From Prasinococcaceae sp. CCMP 1430 (taxonomy: Eukaryota; Plantae; Prasinodermophyta): 7,128 nt of DNA. This document shows positions 1 through 5,013 of this stretch, piece after piece. Below the pieces are notes generated by a model that was given only the letters and a program-made list of their open reading frames with translations, did not search any database and was not told where the DNA came from. Made by a program: the position numbers and the translations under genes. Where the stretch lies: NCBI GenBank assembly GCA_013416795.1, contig RQSC01000968.1:1-7128 (forward strand). Reading direction: 5' to 3'. Numbering within the stretch: position 1 is the stretch's first letter; every line of letters begins with the position of its first letter.

Positions 1-35
1 CTGGCGGTTACACAGTCCTCACGGTCGGATATCTC

Positions 36-69
36 TGTCAGCAGGAATCTCCACAGATCTCTGCTGACA
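36..69. repeat. Imperfect inverted repeat / hairpin
   Basis: TGTCAGCAG (36-44) pairs with CTGCTGACA (61-69). Inner ATCT (47-50) pairs with AGAT (55-58). 4-nt loop CCAC; two non-Watson-Crick positions. Confidence 0.8.
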
Positions 70-84
70 TGGCAGATCTTTTCG

Positions 85-121
85 GATCTTGCCACCTCCT
101 CTTTTTTGATCTTGCCACCTC
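85..121 (+). repeat. Perfect 14-bp direct repeat GATCTTGCCACCTC x2
   Basis: Copies at 85-98 and 108-121 (23-bp period). Confidence 0.9.
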
Positions 122-247
122 GTGCAGAAATTAGTCAGCTTTGCCTGCATGGCCTGAAATTTCTTGTGGGAAAAAGCCATACATCCCAGCCATTGTGCAA
201 AGCCCCTCTGTTCCGCACGCCCATCCGCCTAAAGTGTGGCTCTGGCT

Positions 248-787
248 ATGGCAGAAAAGGGCAGCCATTCAGGGGCGGGGAGCAGCTCAGACTGCGGCTA
301 TGATTCCGACAAGGAAAACATTCCTCCATCGGAGCTAAACGATTTCGAAAAGCCCTGTTCAACAGCCCAAAATAGGCTAGTCAAGATCAATGGCCCCCCC
401 CCTCCATCCAAGGTGGTGGTTCCCACTGAATTCCTGGTCACTGTCCACACCCAGTTTGCTGAGATAAAGGACAAGCTGGAGAGTTTGATGACAAAGTACA
501 AGAAGGATAAGGATGCCTCCAGGAAGAGGCACGAGAGGGCGAAGAATAAACTCGTTAAGCATATAAGAAAACTCAAAGAGGTCATTTCTGAGAAGGAGGC
601 CGTCACCAACCGGTTGGAGACGACTCTGAGGAGCCAGACCGTGGCTGCAGAGAAGTGGAGGACACAGCTGGCCACCGCAGAGACGGGGGCCAAGTCGGTC
701 ATTTCGATGCTGTTAAAGGATCTGAAGAGCCTGAGAGCAAGCGGCGCCGATACGACACCCCATCTGGCCGATGCCCCCAAGATCTGA
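248..787 (+). CDS. Coiled-coil protein with N-terminal KEN box (DKENIPP), 179 aa, function unknown
   Basis: The ORF track starts at GTG 236; the first ATG is at 248 (ggctATGG). Disordered Ser/Gly/Asp N-terminus with DKENIPP (308-328), GPPPPSK linker, then a long K/E-rich amphipathic helix. CATAAA immediately follows the stop (788-793). Confidence 0.8.
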   Translation: MAEKGSHSGAGSSSDCGYDSDKENIPPSELNDFEKPCSTAQNRLVKINGPPPPSKVVVPTEFLVTVHTQFAEIKDKLESLMTKYKKDKDASRKRHERAKNKLVKHIRKLKEVISEKEAVTNRLETTLRSQTVAAEKWRTQLATAETGAKSVISMLLKDLKSLRASGADTTPHLADAPKI

Positions 788-823
788 CATAAATTATGTT
801 CACATTTGGTGTGTTATGCGCAT

Positions 824-1087
824 ATGACCAAGGGTGCATTGATGGGGTCTTTAATCGTTTGGACGTTAGCCAGGCTGTCATCTTACTTGCAAGAACACTG
901 TCTGGGGGGGTCGACCGAGCACACCACCCGCAATCGCCGTGTGAAGGAGTCGGCAGAGTGCATGCTCCACCGTGCCATGTCCCCTCCCAGGAGCGAGCGT
1001 GAACGCAACCATCCCAACAGCCTTTGTATATATCGCGAGGAGGAGCTGGCCGCCATTCGCAGCCTCGCCCCCCCGCCTAAGGAATAA
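824..1087 (+). CDS. Small hypothetical protein (87 aa from the first ATG) with a hydrophobic N-terminus; may be non-coding or degraded
   Basis: Open frame whose TAA stop lies inside AATAAA (1083-1088). Weak start context, and a competing ORF 796-1002 in another frame. Confidence 0.35.
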   Translation: MTKGALMGSLIVWTLARLSSYLQEHCLGGSTEHTTRNRRVKESAECMLHRAMSPPRSERERNHPNSLCIYREEELAAIRSLAPPPKE

Positions 1088-1178
1088 ATTCCCTAATGCA
1101 TAATTGTTAATAAACTCGAATCGTGTCATCCAACGTGTCGACCAATGGCATAAAAGTTTATTAAACAAATAAGGTTAA
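1083..1178. terminator. AT-rich convergent 3' spacer with polyadenylation-type signals on both strands
   Basis: AATAAA at 1083-1088 and 1109-1114 (+). TTTATT at 1157-1162 (AATAAA on -). Sharp AT enrichment relative to the flanking CDSs. Confidence 0.65.
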
Positions 1179-1658
1179 TTAAGGGAACTCGTACACCACC
1201 CCCCCATCCTCCATCTCGCCTTGTCGCAGTCCGAGGTCTACCACCGTGCGGTGGGCCCTGAAGTCGTCATAGGGCATGGGGCCGTTGGAGTCGTCTGACG
1301 TGACAAGGTAGACGGTGCCGTAGCGAGACGAGTGGTCCTCAAACTCGACAAGGGTGACATGATCGCGCGGATAGTCGCCCCTCAATATGGCGAACAGCAT
1401 GTTCACGGCTCGCAAGTCGTCATCTGTCGGACGGCAGTTGAGCGGGACCTTGAATCGAAAGGAGTGCAGCGCCGACAGTTTGCCATATTCGCCAATGTCG
1501 AGGTCCGCCTCACAATAGTGGGCTTTGGCCATGGCGGGGCGGTATACTCCGGCGCGGGGGAGCGACTTGGCCACCGGGCAGTTGATGGAGATGATTCCGA
1601 GCGTCATCGTTTCAACCAGTACCGCACACAATCCGCGCCCCATAAACGCGCGCGACAT
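1179..1658 (-). CDS. Hypothetical globular protein (~160 aa; start uncertain among ATGs at 1658, 1643 and 1607)
   Basis: C-terminal part of ORF 1179-1910 has ordinary globular composition and ends at the AT-rich spacer with a minus-strand AATAAA 17 nt after the stop. The part upstream of 1658 overlaps the penton-like gene on the opposite strand and is considered spurious. Confidence 0.65.
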   Translation of the reverse strand: MSRAFMGRGLCAVLVETMTLGIISINCPVAKSLPRAGVYRPAMAKAHYCEADLDIGEYGKLSALHSFRFKVPLNCRPTDDDLRAVNMLFAILRGDYPRDHVTLVEFEDHSSRYGTVYLVTSDDSNGPMPYDDFRAHRTVVDLGLRQGEMEDGGVVYEFP

Positions 1659-1689
1659 AATTCTCTCGCTTACTATCAACAAAGTGGCC

Positions 1690-2166
1690 ATGACAGACGT
1701 GTACGTGCTGACGCTCTTCTCTGCCAACACGTCCACCACCACGAAGACGGTGTCCACTGAGTTCAACGAGTGGACTGTGCAGATCCCTCCCGACCCATCC
1801 GCTCCCATCCTCGACGGGCGGTGGAAGGCGCACGTGTTGTTCGCGTCCATCAAGGGGTTCCAGCCAAAGGGCAGTCGCAGGGTCATCGGGGTATTGTCGG
1901 ACGCGTTCACTTGCTCTAGTGGCTACATGACCCTGATCGCCGCTGAGACGGCCACAAGCTCTTCCGCTAGCGACTACTCGATTGTCGACCAGCAAAACAG
2001 TCTCCCCGTGTTCAATCCTTATCTGCTGCGGAACGGGGGCTCTGTCAAGATCAGGGTGTGCCACCTCGACACGATCGACCAGTTCACGTCTGGCGCGCTC
2101 CCCACTCTGACCGACTGGACGATCGTGCTGCGGTTTGAGCTCTTGGGGCGCAAGACCCGCGCGTGA
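1690..2166 (+). CDS. Probable penton / minor capsid protein, single jelly-roll (158 aa)
   Basis: From gccATG at 1690. Alternating beta-strand pattern (YVLTLFS, EWTVQIP, WKAHVLFASI, VIGVLS, VKIRVCHLD, terminal DWTIVLRFEL) and the size resemble pentons of polinton-like viruses and NCLDVs. Pattern recognition only. Confidence 0.55.
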   Translation: MTDVYVLTLFSANTSTTTKTVSTEFNEWTVQIPPDPSAPILDGRWKAHVLFASIKGFQPKGSRRVIGVLSDAFTCSSGYMTLIAAETATSSSASDYSIVDQQNSLPVFNPYLLRNGGSVKIRVCHLDTIDQFTSGALPTLTDWTIVLRFELLGRKTRA

Positions 2167-2175
2167 GTCGGGCCG

Positions 2176-3279
2176 TCACTTTGAGGGGATGAACTGCCAG
2201 TTGAGCTTCTTGCAAATGTTCTTCCAAATCTCGTCCTGTTCCCACAGCTTCTCCTTGCTCTTCAGGAGGGGGAAGTGGGGCAGGAATTCGTCGTATTCCA
2301 GGAGCTGGCACATCTTGTGGATGCAGTACGAGTAGTTGAGGAAGTTCTTGCGCCCCTTCGGCACCACCTGCTCGAAAGGCTCCTGCACGAGGCGGAACAT
2401 GGTCCTCAGTTTGTCCTCCTGCGTCTGGGTCATTGTGGGCGGGGGGGTGCCGCTGAACATGTGGGTGATCTGGACGGAGTGCTCAAAGTACTTGGAGAGC
2501 CGCAGCTTGCGGAGGAATTTGCGCACTATGCTGGGGGTCAGCGCGCTGGTGTCCGCTATCCTGGCCTTCTTGAACTCGGTGGCGAGGCTGTCGATCACGT
2601 CTTGCGGGATGGAGGACTTCTCCCTCGCGTGGAACTGTGCGAGCGTCTCGTTGAAGTGGTTGATCCTCTTGTAGCAGTAGTCGGTGACGCACACGGGAGT
2701 GCCGTAGGGCACGTTCCTTTCCGAGTCATTGCACATCGCGGACGTGAGGCCGCACGCCGAGCACAAGAGCAGCGCCTCTCGCGAGTCCTCCACCATGTTT
2801 GTGTTGCACGCGGGGCAGAAGCCGTACAGCGCCGGCTCCTCCGTCACCTGTGCCGCGTCCGTCAGTATGTTGAGGAAAGGGTACTTTTGCACCACTCGGA
2901 TGAACTCGCGGAATATCTCGCCCCTGTTTGTCGCCGTCTTTTTATCACCCGTGGGGAGCGGTGGGCGTGACGGGTCGGTCTTCTTGCGCTTCGTGGTCAC
3001 GTCGCCCTCGAACGTGTCCTTGTACTTCCTGTACGTGGGCAGGATGTCCAGCAGAAACTCGTCATACTCCCCCCCCTCCACCTTGGCTATGGTGCTTCTG
3101 AGGGCCCGCGCGGCCGACCTGGCCTTCATTTTGGCGTCCCACTCTTGGGTCGACAGCGCTGTCCGCTCGAGTTGATCCGCCTCCTCCTTCCATCGACCGA
3201 TATGTCGTTGCCTACTCTGCAGGGTGTCGATGCACTGCTGCATAACGGCCTCCACGTTGTAGTGAGTGACACCAGACAT
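2176..3279 (-). CDS. VLTF3: Poxvirus late transcription factor 3-like protein (VLTF3, A2L family)
   Basis: Zn ribbon CPAC-x16-CSAC. Hallmark blocks YKRINHFNETLAQFHARE, LRKLRLSKYFEH, EDKLRTMFRLVQEPF, RKNFLNYSYCIHKMCQLL and FPLLKSKEKLWEQDEIWKNICKKLNWQFIPS, typical of NCLDV VLTF3. Confidence 0.95.
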   Translation of the reverse strand: MSGVTHYNVEAVMQQCIDTLQSRQRHIGRWKEEADQLERTALSTQEWDAKMKARSAARALRSTIAKVEGGEYDEFLLDILPTYRKYKDTFEGDVTTKRKKTDPSRPPLPTGDKKTATNRGEIFREFIRVVQKYPFLNILTDAAQVTEEPALYGFCPACNTNMVEDSREALLLCSACGLTSAMCNDSERNVPYGTPVCVTDYCYKRINHFNETLAQFHAREKSSIPQDVIDSLATEFKKARIADTSALTPSIVRKFLRKLRLSKYFEHSVQITHMFSGTPPPTMTQTQEDKLRTMFRLVQEPFEQVVPKGRKNFLNYSYCIHKMCQLLEYDEFLPHFPLLKSKEKLWEQDEIWKNICKKLNWQFIPSK

Positions 3280-3409
3280 CGCGTCCGATGCGTCCTACGA
3301 TGCACCGACAAAAAAAAACTGGATGCGTTTCCAAACGCGGGTGAGGGGGTGCGCTTAGAACACGGGATAAATTATCCAGGCTTAGTTCATACACAGTCAC
3401 ACAGACAAC
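3280..3409. promoter_or_regulatory. 130-bp divergent promoter region between VLTF3 and the 121-aa ORF
   Basis: Head-to-head genes. A9 tract at 3310-3318, GATGC repeats, and an inverted repeat GGATAA-A-TTATCC at 3365-3377. Confidence 0.5.
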
Positions 3410-3775
3410 ATGGAGAACTCCCAGCCAGCTGTCCAGGAAAACGCGGCGCCCGTTGTGGAGAAGAAGAGCAAGAAGCGGAGGGGGATGACGGGCCCTGTGG
3501 CCGCGGAGTCTGACGTGAGCAAAGTGGCCGAGTCCAGCCGCCCCCACGTCATGAGTTCGTCCGTGCCCGACATGAGTGTCGGTGACGTGAGGAAGTGTCT
3601 CAATCAGATCAGGAGGAAGGGGACCGCCATCCAAACCCAGCACCTGCTTTTTAATGACATGACTGCAGGGGACTTTGCGCTGAAATACGTGCTCGGAAAC
3701 AACAATTCAAAGAAGGGCAGCGGCAGTGTTGCCGAGGATATGTCCGATCAGGCATCCGTCGTGGTTGCCGAGTGA
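3410..3775 (+). CDS. Hypothetical protein with a basic NLS-like patch (121 aa)
   Basis: Good start context (acaacATGG), KKSKKRRG patch, tandem TGA TGA stops, followed by an AT-rich spacer. Confidence 0.75.
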   Translation: MENSQPAVQENAAPVVEKKSKKRRGMTGPVAAESDVSKVAESSRPHVMSSSVPDMSVGDVRKCLNQIRRKGTAIQTQHLLFNDMTAGDFALKYVLGNNNSKKGSGSVAEDMSDQASVVVAE

Positions 3776-3908
3776 TGAATGCGGTTTTATTCATATAAAT
3801 TAATAACAAACTCATCCAGAATTCATGTAACTCTCCAACATTGTGGTGTAGGAACTAGCATCCCCGCGCGGGTAATGCCTGGTAATTGAAAATACAATGT
3901 CATCACTT
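3776..3908. terminator. AT-rich convergent 3' spacer
   Basis: TTTATT at 3786-3791 (AATAAA on -). ATATAAATTAATAAC on +. Lies between two convergent stops. Confidence 0.55.
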
Positions 3909-4358
3909 TCATCCGCCCTGGATACCATATCCAGCAAAGCCATGGAACATGCAGAAGGACTGGGCGTCGTTAAACGTGAACGCCTGGATGCTCATTTGAT
4001 GAATCGCCTCTTCGTCCTCTGTCACGTCAGGGTCTAATAATCTGTGAAATATGCAATCCTCCACCTTGTCATCATCCAAACTGTATTCCGACATCCTGCC
4101 ATTTTTGTCATCCTCCCACAGCACTTGGGACATGAGTGCGGCGATGTCGAGCTCTTCAAATGCAATTATGTGAGTCATGGGACGCATGAGCCCGCTCAAT
4201 TTCCTGTCCCTCTCAAGCGTGTGGATCCCAAACAGTCTCGGGTAAGGTCGCTGTTGTCCCACGAAGAAAATGGTACGGTCCCACAGTCCTCTTTTCGTTG
4301 GTTCGGACGATGCGCGAATGGCCATGAGGGGGGATAGGCCGGCGACGGTGAGCAGCAT
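3909..4358 (-). CDS. Hypothetical protein with acidic C-terminal half (149 aa)
   Basis: Fills the gap between the AT-rich spacer and region B. Protein-like composition; no recognisable family. Confidence 0.7.
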   Translation of the reverse strand: MLLTVAGLSPLMAIRASSEPTKRGLWDRTIFFVGQQRPYPRLFGIHTLERDRKLSGLMRPMTHIIAFEELDIAALMSQVLWEDDKNGRMSEYSLDDDKVEDCIFHRLLDPDVTEDEEAIHQMSIQAFTFNDAQSFCMFHGFAGYGIQGG

Positions 4359-5013
4359 GGGGGCACTCTGTGCGTGTCATAATACCACTCGTTTTTTTTT
4401 TACACGCACGACACGCAGGGGGCAGTATTCAAATTTGAAAACGGGGCTGACTCAGCACGAAATTGGGCCATATCTGATTTCAGTTATGATGTGCACAAAA
4501 TCCAGGACAGTTACATAAAATCTGAACAGAATCTTTGTAGATCTTCGAAAGCGCCTCGTCAGACCACCTGGCAGTTACAATCTTCAAAATATCTCTGACA
4601 GTTACAAAATCTGTTCAGAATCTGACGAGATCTTTGAGATACCCCTTCAGACCATTTGGCAGTTACAACTCGTCAACCGATCATCGTACGGTTACGAAAT
4701 TTTTGCACGGTCCAGATCATCCAGGATAAAAAGAGAATCTTCCTGTCTGTCCGTTTTGCCGTTTTCTGACGCGTCAAACGCGTCTCTTCACCTACTGGTA
4801 GTTTATGAGCCACACACAAAAGCTGTTAGAGATTTCAGGAGATATTGCTGACTGTGCAGGGCTGCAGGCCCCTGAAACTGGGCCCGGCCGGGGGTAAACA
4901 AATACACCCCTCCACAGGTCCTGTTCCTCCAGAAAGGCGCATAAATAGGTTGGCCACCACGTGAAAAGCACTCTCTCACCTCGCAAACCACCAAAAAACT
5001 CCGCAGACCGGCT
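4359..5013. promoter_or_regulatory. 655-bp divergent control region B (enhancer/promoter, possibly also a replication origin)
   Basis: By far the longest non-coding stretch. Contains T10 (4392-4401), palindrome TTCAAATTTGAA (4428-4439), GCTGACTCAGCA (4446-4457), CACGAAA (4456-4462), seven CNGTTA, TGACGCGTCA plus a second ACGCGT (4767-4783), GTAAACAAA (4894-4902), TATA-like ATAAATAG (4941-4948) and CACGTG (4958-4963). Confidence 0.7.
4506..4700 (+). repeat. Degenerate ~90-bp tandem repeat (2 copies plus the start of a third), each copy with two CAGTTACA
   Basis: gacagttacataaaatctgaacagaatct (4506-4534) vs gacagttacaaaatctgttcagaatct (4597-4623). cagaccacctggcagttacaa (4560-4580) vs cagaccatttggcagttacaa (4648-4668). 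Partial third start tacggttacgaaat at 4687-4700. Confidence 0.85.

Larger units (their letters stand above)
1..247 (+). promoter_or_regulatory. Motif-rich upstream region A (probably truncated at the window start), related to region B at 4359-5013
   Basis: CTGGCGGTTACA (1-12) matches CTGGCAGTTACA (4568-4579) at 11/12. ATATCTCTGTCAG (29-41) matches ATATCTCTGACAG (4589-4601) at 12/13, in the same order. Repeated GATCT/AATCT words; no convincing protein. Confidence 0.6.

Noticed and set aside
166-173. TGTGGGAA CSL/RBPJ-like site, and TGGGCC site-II-like motifs near 4464 and 4879
   Set aside because: One or two occurrences of short motifs with no independent support; too likely by chance.
236-247. 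GTG start at 236 (and TTG start at 806)
   Set aside because: Eukaryotic context favours ATG, and ATG 248 shares its context with ATG 5014.
1-247. Terminal inverted repeat or element end
   Set aside because: The similarity to 4359-5013 is direct, short and internal. No target-site duplication or matching end is visible in the window.
298-780. 160-aa hydrophobic minus-strand ORF
   Set aside because: Antisense mirror of a Lys/Glu-rich coiled-coil gene, which typically yields Leu/Phe/Ser-rich shadow frames.
1659-1910. N-terminal extension of minus ORF 1179-1910, and the 1525-1689 extension of the plus ORF
   Set aside because: Each extension overlaps the other gene antisense. Trimming to ATG 1658 (-) and ATG 1690 (+) gives a simple non-overlapping divergent pair.
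2275-2970. 231-aa plus-strand ORF and other ORFs antisense to VLTF3
   Set aside because: Shadow frames of a GC3-rich gene. They lie wholly opposite the strongly conserved VLTF3 and show no family features.
4506-4700. CRISPR-like array
   Set aside because: Repeats are degenerate, the intervening sequences are themselves related, there are only two units, and the context is eukaryotic-viral with no cas genes.
4792-4994. Small ORFs in region B (63-64 aa, minus strand) and 4270-4518 (+)
   Set aside because: Short, with non-ATG or poor starts, Cys/Trp-rich random-looking composition, and overlapping the motif-dense control region.
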